The notes beneath the pieces are model-generated. The model was not told where the DNA came from and did no database searches. It worked only from the letters and a program-made list of their open reading frames with translations. A stretch of DNA of 55,364 nucleotides, counting the filler, from Dirinaria sp. TL-2023a (lineage: Eukaryota): the NCBI GenBank assembly GCA_051941275.1. It is 2 parts of 2 records of this genome, joined end to end, with 100 filler letters (N's around TTAATTAATTAA, not from the genome) between each part and the next. Parts side by side here need not be neighbours in the genome. Positions count along the whole stretch, not along the records: positions 27,808 to 55,364 come from JAVEBF010000138.1; 1 more part is not named here. One strand, given 5' to 3'. This document shows, piece by piece, positions 36,958 through 49,073 of the stretch (the first letter of the stretch is position 1; each line of letters starts with the position of its first letter). The position numbers were made by a program, and so were the translations under genes.

Positions 36958-37591
36958 CTGCCGCCACACCATCCTACTATCTTACTCTCCAGGCATATCG
37001 CTCTCCCCCGCTAATTTACTCTTTGATGCCTCGGATCTAAAGTATATCAAAGTCTCTGACAGAGTGCGAGTTTCCAAGCAAAACGACGGTTTCACGAGAT
37101 GATGATGGGCTAATTCAACCACGAACGTACCAACCTACTCTCCTGGCACATCGTCCTGCCCCACTAATTTACACTTTGATGCCTCGGATTTAAAAGTATA
37201 TCAATTCCTCTCTGCTCTGACAGAGTGCGAGTTTCCAAGCAAAACGACGGTTTCACGGAATGACGATGGGGTAATTCAACCACGAACGTACCATCCTACT
37301 CTCCTGGCACATCGCCCTCTTCGCTAATTAAGGTACTCTTTGATGCCTCGAATTTAAGTATATCAATAATTCCTCTCTGCTTGACAGAGTGCGAGTTTCC
37401 AAGCAAAACGACGATTTCACGAGATGATGATGGGGTAATTTAACCACGAACGTGCCATCGTCAAGTAGGCAAATCGTTAAAGGAGGTGGAAGATGCTAGA
37501 AGAAAAAGCCCTTTGAGAGATATTATTGATAGATCAAAATAATGAATAGGGAGGAGTGGTGTGGCAGTAGAGTAGAGTGGTGTGGCGGCAG
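36958..37591. repeat. Three ~161-164 bp tandem units enclosed by a 14-bp perfect inverted repeat (MITE/foldback-like or minisatellite)
   Basis: Anchor GACAGAGTGCGAGTTTCCAAGCAAAACGAC at 37058, 37219 and 37383. CTGCCGCCACACCA (36958-36971) is the reverse complement of TGGTGTGGCGGCAG (37578-37591). Confidence 0.85.
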
Positions 37592-37595
37592 ATCC

Positions 37596-37680
37596 TATTA
37601 TTAATATTTTAATTTTTTATTTAATATTTAATATTTAATATTTAATAAACATTTAATATTTAATGATCTTTTTTTTTTGT
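37596..37680. repeat. AT-rich (TTTAATA)n low-complexity tract plus poly-T
   Basis: atttaatatttaatatttaatatttaata... read directly. Confidence 0.8.
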
Positions 37681-38411
37681 TAAAATGCCAAGAAAAGCCC
37701 ATTAGATAACTCTCGGGGATCGACCTAAACCTCCTTCACCTCAAACACACATCTCATACATTCGCACAACCCACTTCTATAAACCCGCGAGAGAGAGAGG
37801 AGGTGGGGGGTTGAGCTGGAGAGCTCGGAAAAGTATACTCTATATATATTTGGTGAGTGCCATTTTCTCTGAGCCTGAACACCCTAGTCTTTGAGATCTC
37901 CCCCAGATTCCTGTAGAGGGCCATACCCAAAGGTACGAGTATGAGGTTCCAGAGCGGTCAACCTACCGGTTCCCCACCTCCAATACTGTTCTACAGCACT
38001 TGTAGCCAACATGCAGGATGCTGTCTCGGATACATAATCTGAAGATGAAGGACGGAGACGACCCCATACTCTTTTCGGTATCGGTGTCGGTCCTATATTG
38101 GGCCGACAGTGACAATAGGTGATCTTAGATCTGCCGGCACCTGCATCTCATTTCAGATACATTGCCTGACCTTGTTTTCTATCACCACAGACTTCTACAA
38201 TACTATCTTTGCTTGAACTGGTTGAACTGGTTGACAGAAACCCTGCTCGAGTCAGACCCGCTAATTCTCGAGTAAAGACATCTTTCATCCAACCAAACCA
38301 GCTCAGAGAGCTCAAAGGCCCACCTTTGAGGTAAGTGACAAGCGAAGTGAGTTAGGAGCCACGGAATAACCAACACCAAACAGTACAGACAACAAAACCT
38401 GCTCTGCAGCG

Positions 38412-39989
38412 ATGGAAGGCCGTGTTTTTGAGCAGCAGGAGACTGAGGGTAAGTCATTTTCTCACCCTTGTAAGCCACTACCTCACTCTTGACGCCGTTC
38501 TGGCGGAAAAGCACCATCTCATAGTGAGATAGCTGTGGCAAGTAAAGCCACCAGTGAGAACTGTGAGGTCGAGCAGGAAAATCTTGGCAGTAAGCTAATT
38601 CGATGACACTTTCGCGGCGAAGCAGTCTCATCCAACTCCATCATAGATGCTCCGAGTGGAGCTGCCGATGACGGGCGTAAGATAAAGGAGGAGAGCGTCG
38701 ACGGTAAGCGAGCTCATCAAAGCCTTTGCAGCCGAGAGGCCCTATCTAACAGTGAGCATAGTCGACCCAAGCATCGCTGCCAACATCGAAGATGCCGGCC
38801 TTGAAGAAGGCGAGATCAGTCAACACGACGATCTCAACGACGAAGGCGAGAAAAAGCCAAAAAAGATCACCCTTGCAGCATTGCAGCTCGCAATGCCGTC
38901 AAAGCGCAAGGGCGATAGTTCGAAAGACCGGCCGTTCGCTCCTCCCGGTAAAGTACGCAAGGCCAAGAAAGAAATCATCCCAGGGTAAGACGAAGACTGA
39001 TCCAACAGCAAATACCTTGCAAGCTAATCATCATTAGGCAAGTAATAGACACTCGAGCCACACAGCCATACAGCCGCTCCGACGTACAAAGTCTGAAGTA
39101 TGTGCGCACCTTGATCAAGGAGGCCGAGGAAGCAACCTCGAAGGATGATGAGCGTACTTTACACCACCTGTTCCATCTCCTGCGCCAACAAATCCACGAG
39201 ATCGAATTCATGAGCAACCTGTCTGGAGACCTCGTCACACAGTCCAGACTACTTGACGACAACGGCCTGGCCAAGATCGTAGGGAAAGTCGGCGTTGACT
39301 ACCCTTTCGATCTCGTGGCAGACACCAAGGCTCTTCACGATAGATGGTCCAAGGGCGATTTCGATGCCTTCCTGTTGCGCGGCATCGAATTAAAATCTCG
39401 TACCCAGGGTGAAAAGACGACCAAGTCTCGTAACCTGGACAAGAATTACCCCTACAAGGTCTCGCCCAATTTCATAGGGGAAGGTCCGCTTGTCAATGGC
39501 CAATGGTGGCCGCACCAGATCTGCGCAATACGCGACGGTGCCCATGGCGCGATCGAGGCAGGGATCTTTGGTGAGAGAGGGAAAGGTGCTCTTTCCATTG
39601 TGGTTGGATCATCCGGATACGCGAATGAGGATGACGGCGACATCATCAAGTACTGCGGTACTTCTGGTTCTCTCGAGACACCCACAGAGAACACAAAATT
39701 GATGATAGAATCGCAAAACCGTCAAACCCCAGTGAGGGTCATTCGCTCAGGCGCCTCTAACGCTAAGAAGCACAGCGTCTACCAGCCAATCGTGGGCCTC
39801 CGATACGATGGCCTTTATCAGGTGACAGACAATACGCTGATGGACCAAGGTACAGCGATGTACCAGTTCAGACTGGAGCGTCTGCCGGGCCAGGACCCGA
39901 TCCGGTGTCGAGGAGTCGAGATACGTCCGACACCAGAGGAGAGCCACGTCCACAGCAGGATCCGAGAGGCCCTAGGGTACTCGAATTAG
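38412..39989 (+). CDS. Stand-alone SRA-YDG (SAD_SRA) domain protein with several short 5' exons; true start uncertain and possibly further upstream
   Basis: Last exon contains GEGPLVNGQWWP.QICAIRDGAHGAIEAGIFG...ALSIVV...GYANEDDGDIIKYCGT...PVRVIRS...GLRYDGLYQV. Upstream GT-AG introns (donors ~38449, ~38589, ~38704, ~38985) splice in frame. Confidence 0.85.
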
Positions 39990-40074
39990 GTGGAGGGGAG
40001 TCTTGAGAGAAGTTGGTCGGTGGTGCAGTGATTTTCTGAGCTAGCATTATCATCAGAGACGGCAGCAGGGGTTA

Positions 40075-40122
40075 GGGAGCATTGTGCTGGGAGCATTCTG
40101 CTGGGAGCATTCTGCTGGGAGC
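40075..40122. repeat. 14-bp tandem repeat GGGAGCATT(G/C)TGCT x ~3.4
   Basis: gggagcattgtgctgggagcattctgctgggagcattctgctgggagc, downstream of the SRA gene stop. Confidence 0.85.
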
Positions 40123-41782
40123 GTGGATCGACGAGATACCCATAGACAAGCGGCATATGCAGTCTTTTTAGTTAGTACCTTTACCAATTTACAGAATTTT
40201 CCTGAACGACAAGGCAATACCTCGTAAAGTGTATTTTCCTCTCCTTTCCCCCTTCTGAACCTTTGACTACCATATGTTCATGTATAATTTCACATGTTAG
40301 TAATGGGACTGCTCCCCTGTTTAGACCCCGGCCCGTGACCTTGGTGAAGCCATACTGCATGTCGAGAGGATACTTGACTTCCGCTAGTCAGCTTCCTTCC
40401 GCTTTCGCTGTTATAGAATCATCCAACATCTCAGACTGTGCATACTCTCGGGGTGCTTTGTCGCCGACTGAAATGTAGTCGGTTGTGCTTCATGGAGACC
40501 ACAGGATGGCCATCCAGAGCTACCGGTTTAACTCACAGGCGTATGACCTTCTCCCGCCGTACATGGAACGAATCGAGCTAAATGGTGCAAATGCAGTTTT
40601 GACAGAGCGGCGACATTGGCCCCAAGCTACTACCCAACCTTCCGAATGCTTCGTTTTCCACTCGACCGTCTATGTCAGCAATGCTGGGAAGACATGGCTC
40701 ACCGCTCGATCACAGCTCTAGCATGGCTAGACAACGGGGCCAAACCACACTTTATTATTATCATTATGATCGTCATCGTGGTGATCGATCGAGCAAGTGG
40801 CAGAGTGTTGCAAGGGGTTGTTGCGCAAATAAGGTAGGGGAGCACTAAACCCTCTTTCCCAGGAACCAAGAGCGACCGGCAAACCAGCGTGCCAGCTAAC
40901 CTTGCGAGCCTTGGTACGGATTTACAGGGGCGTTACCTTAAACTTGCGCCCACTATCGGTTGTTCCTGCGCTAAAAAAGACACATCGACTCATAGCGTGG
41001 AGGCCTGCTGACTGCTGACTCCTTCCAACGGAGCTACCGACCGAGCTACGACAGGCAAGGAGTGCTGGTGGTGCAGCTTCCCAAAGCTCCTGCCAACAGC
41101 TTCCCTGCAGGTATGAGCTGCATACTGCAGCATCACGGGATCTGTGTAGCAGCACCAATGGTCTCGATATCAATCCATATCTTGCAGAACTATGCTGACA
41201 ACTCCGTAGGATCCCATCCTCAGACCACCTCGCCATGACCTTGGGCCAGGCAGAGGCTTGCCGACAAAGTTTGTCAGCCCAGCCGCCAGAAGATTGCACT
41301 CGACCGGTAGCCTTTCCCCGCAGGCCGGACGTTGGAGCGAGCTGCGCAAGTGAAACATTAAACCTTGCATGCTCGCTTTTTACGAGCAAAAGACCATGCC
41401 AAGTTTGCCAACTCCGAGCAAAATCTCTGTCTGGGCGTTCCAGAATTGCTAGCCGACGAATCATGTGATATCGGGTTTCTTCCGTGTAAAGTGGTGCGCG
41501 TCCAATCGCGTCTCCCCAGCTGCCAGCCAAAAAACCGGGGTCGGATCGCCAGAACGCATATATATGACTCTCCTGATCCCCTCAAAAGTCTCCTGGATCG
41601 AGATGCTTTTCGTACTCAATGTCGGTGCCTGGGTGGGACTGAGGCATCAACCGTCCTTTTCCTTCCCTACATAAACCCCATGCTTGCACCTTTCTTCCTC
41701 TCCTTCCCCCCTCTCATACCTCTTTCCATCCTTCCGAGTCCGGTGGAGCCGATACCGAGAGCTTCACTGCTGCCTCGCCATC

Positions 41783-42773
41783 ATGTTTGCTCGCCGGGCT
41801 CACCATGATGATAGTTTCTCCAAGTATCGCGCTACCAAATCTACTGGTACAAGTAGGCAGAAGCGGTCATTTCGCGAGCATGCAGCTGCAACCAAGAAAC
41901 CTGAAAAGCCCAAGCGTCCAGCAGGGGTTAGCCTAATCAAGGGCTCGTACGTTCGTCCAAATTCCAGCTTACAGCCAAGCATAGCTGATGCGACTAACAG
42001 AACGATGACGTCTCCGATCGTTACCATCGTCGTCGGTCAAGACGCTCGCCTTTTCGCAGCCCACGAAGACGTCCTCTCCGCCTCTCCGTTCTTCTCAGCT
42101 ATCATTCGCGGCCAATTCCTCGAGTCGCACAGCAAACGGGTGACTCTCTCGGACGAAATTCCCGAGATTTTCTCCTCGGTACTCGAATACCTCTACAAGG
42201 GTGACTACTACCCTCGCCTTCTGCACAACAAGAGGCAAGACCGGTGGGAACTCGAAGATACGTCACCTACAAGCCCTTCAGGGGGAGTAACAAGAGGGCA
42301 CGTGGAGAGTACAGTCTACAGCCCGGTTGATGGACAGCTTCTGCTGAAAGATACCCTGCTGTACTGCACAGCGGAGAAGTACGGGCTGGAAGACTTGAAG
42401 AGGTTGGCGCTTCGGAAACAAGGACTCCAAAGCGGGATCCAGTGCGCGACCATCTTGGCGAGTGCTAGATTCGCATACGCGAATACGCCCGACAGCGATA
42501 GCAAGCTAAGGGCGCACTATCTGGCGCTTATCATCCGATCGAGAGGCACTTTCAAGAGGAGCGGGACTATGCAAATGGAGATGGAAAGGGGTGGAAAGTT
42601 GTACGTTCCATTTTTCTTTTTCTCTCCTTGCTAGCTACTACCCATCTCCTTTCTTCATGAAATCACCGGCTTATGGCCCTACCAATTACAGATTCTTCGA
42701 CCTCTTCTGTGCGCTGTCAAACCATCTTGACGATATGGCAGCCATCACAAAGTCACCGCGTACACCTCGTTAA
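41783..42773 (+). CDS. BTB/POZ domain protein (intron 42601-42691)
   Basis: TSPIVTIVVGQDARLFAAHEDVLSASPFF...DEIPEIFSSVLEYLYKGDYYP...YCTAEKYGLEDLKRLALRK. The spliced end reads GGKLFFDLFCALSNHLDD. Confidence 0.9.
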
Positions 42774-43922
42774 GGCCGCCTACCCAATCAACCAAACCAC
42801 GGATTTATCCATTGTTTTTTGAAACGGCCTCTCAACTCTGCGTTACTCCACACTCCAGCTAACCAATAAACATCTGTCGCTTCTCTTTTCTTTCCTCTCC
42901 TATCTAGAGTTGAAATTTTCTGCCTCACCACCAAGATTCTACTCGCTTACTCACCCATCAGTCTGAGCGTCACTCGCAAGTCGACTCAAAAAACTTCTGT
43001 ATACTAAACACAATCTCCTACTAACGGAAAGAGAGGGAAGGAGGGAATTCGTGGCGTTTTTCGTTTCTCTCTGATATTCGGGGCAACTACCATTCGTGTA
43101 TTGTATTATGACCTTACCTTTTCATCGCTGTCGCTTCCTGCTCTGAGTAGCCTACTTTAGGCTAGCCTAGCACTTCCTAACAAGAAGAAGAAACCCAATA
43201 AATTGAAAAGAAAAGCCCAATTCGCCCATTTTTCATCACATCATATCTTTTTCTTTGCCTTGAGCAAACAGTATTTCATTTCTGGCCTTATGACTCGAAA
43301 TAATATTCCTCATGTAGTGTAATGCATGCGAGTATCTCCGCTTCCATCCAGATCTGTGTACATAAGGTAAGGTAGTACAATACTCCGTATGCAGCTGCCC
43401 CCTGCCCATGGGAGTAACCGAGTAACCGAAGTAAAATGTAAAAGGAGGGTGAGTGAGTCAGTCAGTCAACCGGAAACTCCACGATACCCAGCATCGATGA
43501 CAGATCTAGATCACACCACCCCTCTTTATCGGGAAATAACATGTACATGCGTGATGCGATTCGATTCGATGGAAATAGAACAGAACAGAACGGACAGAAA
43601 GGACGGACGGGAATAAACAGGGCAGGGTAGGGATCGGGCGAATAAGGTATGGTACCTTAGGTTGATAATAATGTGACGGCGCGGGAGTGGGTAAGGGAAG
43701 GGGGGTATGAGTCATACCTTCCATACCGCCCAGCGCCCGGTGGGACGAGATCGGGTTCAATAATAGCTCGTTTCGTTTTTGGGCATTTTTTTTGTGAGTA
43801 ATAATACTGTACGTACTGTAAGTAGAGAGAGAGGAAGTGGCTGCCTGGCCTGGCTTAGAGTATCGAGAGACAGGGAGGGAAGGTATGGAGGCTTTTTGTT
43901 AAATTTTTTTTTCAAATTTTTT

Positions 43923-45651
43923 TTAAATGCCGGTGCCCGGGAAAGCGCCGGATTTACTCAGCACCACGACGCCGTGGTCGCGCGAGATGTAGCCTTTGAG
44001 GAGGTCCTGCATTTTGGAGACCGAGTGTCGAGGGGTGTTAGTCTTGGTTTTTTTGGGAGGTGGGGAGAAGGGGAAGTGGTTGCTGATTATAGGGATGGGG
44101 ATGGGGATGCCTGGAGAAAGAAGAATCCGAATTGACGTTACCTTGTAAATCATATTGGCCAGCAAACACTCCACTTCATCTCTTTCCATCCGCGCCTGGC
44201 TTCTCCCTCCTCCTCCTACTACTCCGTCTTCCCCCCCTTTCTCACTCACCTCGACCGCTTTCACGAATTCTTCCAGGTCCACTTTCCGGATCTTCCCATC
44301 GTCCTGCCACGCTTGCTGCTTACAGACTTTCCGCAAAAGGTTCCTGAGGCAGATATCGCGCCCTCGCTCTAGCGTGAGGTAGATGCGGCGTTTGACGAAC
44401 TCGGGCTCGCCGGCTGCGAGAGCGCTGTCGAAGGCGTGGAGGGAGCCGAGCCTGATGGCGCGGGACAGCGGGATGAATAAAGCGCCGAGGCGGGGATAGG
44501 GGTTGAGAAGCGATGGCGAGGGGAGCAGGTGCGAAGTTAGGAGGCGGGTGGGGATCAGGTAGGTTAGGATCAATCTGGGGGATGTATTTCGTCAGGATAG
44601 GTTGCACACCAAGCGAAAGCTGGGAGTCTTACTCTCGATTTCGCGTAGCTGAGGCGAGGCACAGATTGTATGCTTGTGAGAGGTGGTCTTCGGCCTACGG
44701 GTTTTTCAGTCAAAGGGGGGGAAAGGTGTAGGGTATTCGGTGAGGGGATTGCCAGACCTGTTTGTAATCCTCGTCGAGAAAGGCGATGACGCCGGCGTAG
44801 TACTTGAACGTCACGATGTGCGCTTTGGGGAACATGTCCAGCTCAGGCATGTCGGTCCTCGACGCAACCAATGCTCGGAGAATGTTCTTCGAAAGGCCGA
44901 TGGAGTTCAACCTGAAATAGGTTTTGAAAAGGAGGTTGGTGGTGTAGTAGATGGCCCATTTCCGGGACTCCTCGAGCGGTGCTCTGCAAAATTCCCTCAG
45001 TGGCGAGTCCCTTTTTCTTTTGGGAGGCAAAAAAAAGCGAGTTTTATTGTTACGCCTACATACATACCTATCGCTAATACATAATGTGAATATCCGGTTG
45101 ATCTGCCTCGCAGCATCCTCCAGCTTCTCGTTTTTGCCCACGTCGCTCGCAATATCATCTCCAAACCCACCTGTCTTCATTTGTAGCCCGCCATCGCTGT
45201 TCGCCTTTGCCTTCTCATCTGCTCTTATGGCGTACAGCCGCAGATACTTGCCCGCCACGTAGAGGCAGGGGATCGTCCAAACAGCGAAGTGGCCTCCGCT
45301 ATATCCCCTGTGTAGGGTATTCGCCACCTCTTTCCAGCTTTCATAGACTTTCGCCCAGTCATCATGGGCCGAGCCATTCTCTGCGTCGAGTATCGGTCCC
45401 AGTGCTTTCCAAAATGCGATGTAGACATCGATCCACGCATTCGCTTCCTGTTTTTTGATCTGCAATGACTTGTCGTAATGGGTGATTTGGTATCGGACGT
45501 CTGCGGCTATGGAGTAGTCATCGGTCTCTCTGTGGAAGATCCGCAGGCGTTTGGGATCGTGAAAAGGCGCAATGGGGGTGATTGTCGACGCGAGAAGCGG
45601 GCCAGATTCTTGGTAATGAGCCTGCTTGAAGTCGCTGAAGAGCGCGTCCAT
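43923..45651 (-). CDS. CSN12: PCI-domain protein Csn12 (PCID2/Thp1-like), 5 exons
   Basis: [84 protein letters not shown] and KGYISR..VVLSKSGAFPG. Confidence 0.9.
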
Positions 45652-45780
45652 TATTGGGTACTTTCCTACATGAGTTCAGCATAAGTAATTTCCATTTCGC
45701 TATTAAAATCCGGCTTGGTGCAGCCAATTAAACGCCACCAGAAGCTGTGAAGTAACATGTTAGGGACTTCGATAAACAAG

Positions 45781-45792
45781 TAAGGTACCTTA
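45781..45792. promoter_or_regulatory. Palindrome TAAGGTACCTTA in the CSN12/RPL20 divergent promoter (also at 10393, 51910, 52497)
   Basis: Exact 12-bp palindrome seen four times, each in intergenic DNA. A regulatory function is inferred only. Confidence 0.35.
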
Positions 45793-45992
45793 TGTAGAGT
45801 GTTGATGAAGGATAGGGCTGCAGGGATTCTCTGCTAGCGTCTCGCTTAGATTTCAAGCGCACGGAATCCCTACCACATAATCCAAACCGCTCTACTCCAT
45901 CGCCAGTATTAGATCTGAAGGAAAGGTAGTTGAAGCCGTAAGTGTTTCCCATTCAAGGCCTTCACATTAATTCTATTCACTGACTATTATAG

Positions 45993-46945
45993 ATGGGTAA
46001 GCAATTCCCATTTTCAGACCCGTGCCGCTCTCCCTAGGTGGAATTTCAACCTCTCCGATGCTCAAATTTCAACATTGTCCGGTGCTGCTCAAGAGTCATT
46101 CTTGCAGCCAAGACGGGAATCCATCGATAAGGCCGGATGGGATAGCTGTTACTTGCGTATATGAGCGTCCTAGCCTGACCGATTGAAAAGGAAAAGCATA
46201 CCCTTTTAGCCGCGGTTCAGGAGAGGCACCGTGAAGCTGTAGTAGAGGACTCCATACTGGATAAACGAGCTAACAAAGTCCTGTTGCAGGTCGTCTCAAC
46301 GAGTACCAGGTGGTAGGGCGCCACCTCCCCACCGATGCCAATCCTACACCCAAGCTCTATCGCATGCGCATTTTCGCGCCCAACACCGTGGTCGCGAAAT
46401 CAAGATTCTGGTACTTCTTAATGAAGCTGCGAAAGGTCAAGAAATCCAACGGCGAAGTCGTCACCATCAATTTGGTACGAAAAAGAACCCTTGATCCGTG
46501 CTTGACTCGGATTCGAATTAAAAGGGACGGGAACTAACACAGGCTCTCAAAACCAGATCCACGAGAAACGTCCTCAAAAGGTGAAGAACTTCGGCATCTG
46601 GATCCGCTACGACTCGCGCTCGGGAACACATAATATGTACAAGGAGTATAGGGAGATGTCGAGAACGGATGCGGTAGAAGCTCTCTACCAAGACATGGCT
46701 GCCAGGCATCGTGCGCGTTTTAGGTCAATTCACGTATGTTTACTCGCTTCATATACTGCAAAAGCATCCGCTAATCTATCCTTCAGATCTTGAAGGTTGT
46801 TGAGATTGAAAAGACGGACGACGTCAAACGCCCATACATGAAGCAACTTCTCACCAAAGGCCTCAAATTCCCTCTCCCGCACCGCGTTCCTAAGGCTACT
46901 TCCAAAGCCCTCTTTGCGGCTCACCGGCCCTCGACCTTTGCATGA
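45993..46945 (+). CDS. RPL20: 60S ribosomal protein L20 (eL20/L18a), multi-exon, with a 4-nt ATGG first coding exon
   Basis: [16 protein letters not shown]...[22 protein letters not shown]...[24 protein letters not shown]...LKFPLPHRV...RPSTFA. Confidence 0.96.
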
Positions 46946-47550
46946 GCGTAGGGAAGGAGGAGTGGGGAGCTGTATGTGGCTCTCTGGCGATTGTCAAGGT
47001 TTCCCAATAGCAACACTTAGGAATCTTAGCAAAAAATTTCACAGTTCTACAATCAGTGTGCACGATGAAGCTCATCATTCGTGACTATTCGCACTTGGTG
47101 AAGTCATACATCTCCATCTGCCATTTGAATGTATGCGTATATGCAGCGAATACATTCGAAAACAGGGTCAAGCCAGACCTAGCTGATGCAGGAATACCTG
47201 TTTTTTAAAAATGTGGACGTTGACTCTGAGAATTCGATTACCTAGATGTATTTAAGATTAAAGTCAGGTAAGTAATCTAACAGTACTCACACACGGTATG
47301 AGGGATTAAGGTAAAGTCGTCTCAGTCCTTGTGGGAGTTGAGAGACCGATACAGTAATATCTGCTAGCGCGCCAAGACCATCGGCAATGCTTGGCGCGGC
47401 AGCTGTCTGTTGGCCGTGTCCTTTTCAACATTTAAACAATTCGCGACTCAATCTTTCCAATTCATCATCTCACCACGCCCATTTACATCGCCAGTGAGCT
47501 CTGGTTTAATCCATTATATCGCTTTTTACCTTCTGTGGGCACTCTCTATT

Positions 47551-48216
47551 ATGGTATGTTACATCCAACTTGAGGCATATTGCACAGCAATCAGCCCCTT
47601 GCCAGCCTCTTAGTCTATTGCAAACCCGTCATCATTAGACGAATATAGCTCACATTGCGGACCACCATCTTCTGAAACTTTTGAACCATTCAAGCGCTTT
47701 CTTGGGCTCTCTGTAGGCCGTTGGTGGCTAACCCAATTTCTTTACAGTCGTCACCCAGATCAAGCTCGCCAGCAGGCACGCCTCAATCCGCTGGATCAAG
47801 CACAGCGCGACCCTCATCGCCACCCGGTGGACCTAGGACAGCAATCAGAAGAAAAGCCGCAGCGGATAGGGCAGACAAGGTCGCCAATGCTAGACCATCG
47901 AGCACACGATCGGCAGGCGCAGGGGGGAGCACGAGCACAATGTTGAGTACGTTATTGTCTAGAAGCAAGTGTCGCTTCGGATTGTGTGCGGCTTTCCGCG
48001 CTGGATATATGACATATTGACGGTCTCGTTCCAGAACTATATACCGATGAATCTCCCGGATTGAAGGTTGACCCAGTGGTCGTGCTTGTACTATCTCTTG
48101 GCTTCATCTTCAGTGTCGTCGCTCTCCACAGTCAGTATCGCCGAATGCTCCCAGATTGGCTGTGCTAACAACCGTCATTAGTCATTGCCAAGATCACGCG
48201 ACGATTTTCCTCATAA
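47551..48216 (+). CDS. SBH1: Sec61 translocon beta subunit, 4 coding exons
   Basis: ATG|gt exon at 47551, then SSPRSSSP...[56 protein letters not shown]. Confidence 0.93.
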
Positions 48217-49073
48217 CCATGTAGAGATACCCCAATTGAACATTTCAGATCCAGTCGGCGCAAATCGATGATAGATACTCCGTACCTTCAGTGCCGAAAG
48301 AACGCATAGCGATGGACCTAGGGAAGATTCAGGATGTTTGACTGGCAAAAGTGTATCTCGCCAGGTCCATGCTCGGGCGTTGTCCAGTGTACAATACTAA
48401 AAAAAAGTTGGGTCATTCAATGTGAGAGCCTTATCCTCCAGAGATGGCTGTATTTGGAGACTCTCCTGCTCTGAAGTTACACTTTCTAGTTTCATCAAGT
48501 CTTCTAGACCTTGAAAGATACTTGAATTCTTTCCACATACCTAACATTCTGTAATCTCATTGGCCATATCATGATATACCCATTTATCCGAGGATAGCCG
48601 CTCACATGTTTTCCACTTGAGCTAAGGTTGCCGAATGTAGCGCTAAAGTAAGGCGCTCTTGAGCTGCCTAAAGCAATAATAATAATGTGGAGTAAGGTAG
48701 CTCAAGGTCCTCTGCAAGGTAAGGGGGATAAAATCGAACCGCCTTGACGAATGCCGTCATTGATACCGATCGGGCGGAAGCGCGATATTTGCTATTTGGT
48801 GTGTCACTCGCACATAAGAATTCACTCCTAAAGAAGCTCAAGGATCTCTCCCAAAAACTCTTGCAAAGCAGTGACAAGTCGTTGATATTCACTCGGAGTG
48901 GATCATCTCAGAATCGAGCCGCAACGCTGCAATTGAGGTATTGATGTACGACTTTCACTAAGACGAGCCGCATCTTTGTCCCACTACCCCACCATCTCCT
49001 CTTTTATGCGCCCAGTATTTCCTTTGCGGCTCGAACTCAGAAATAATTTTTACCTCGACCAATACCAGTTAAC

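Noticed and set aside
36958..37460. CRISPR-like array
   Set aside because: The units are similar along their whole ~162 bp with no unique spacers, there are no cas genes, and the context is eukaryotic.
40922..41808. Overlapping 202-aa (-) and 147-aa (+) ORFs upstream of the BTB gene
   Set aside because: Non-ATG starts, atypical composition and no domain. Probably promoter or 5'-UTR sequence.
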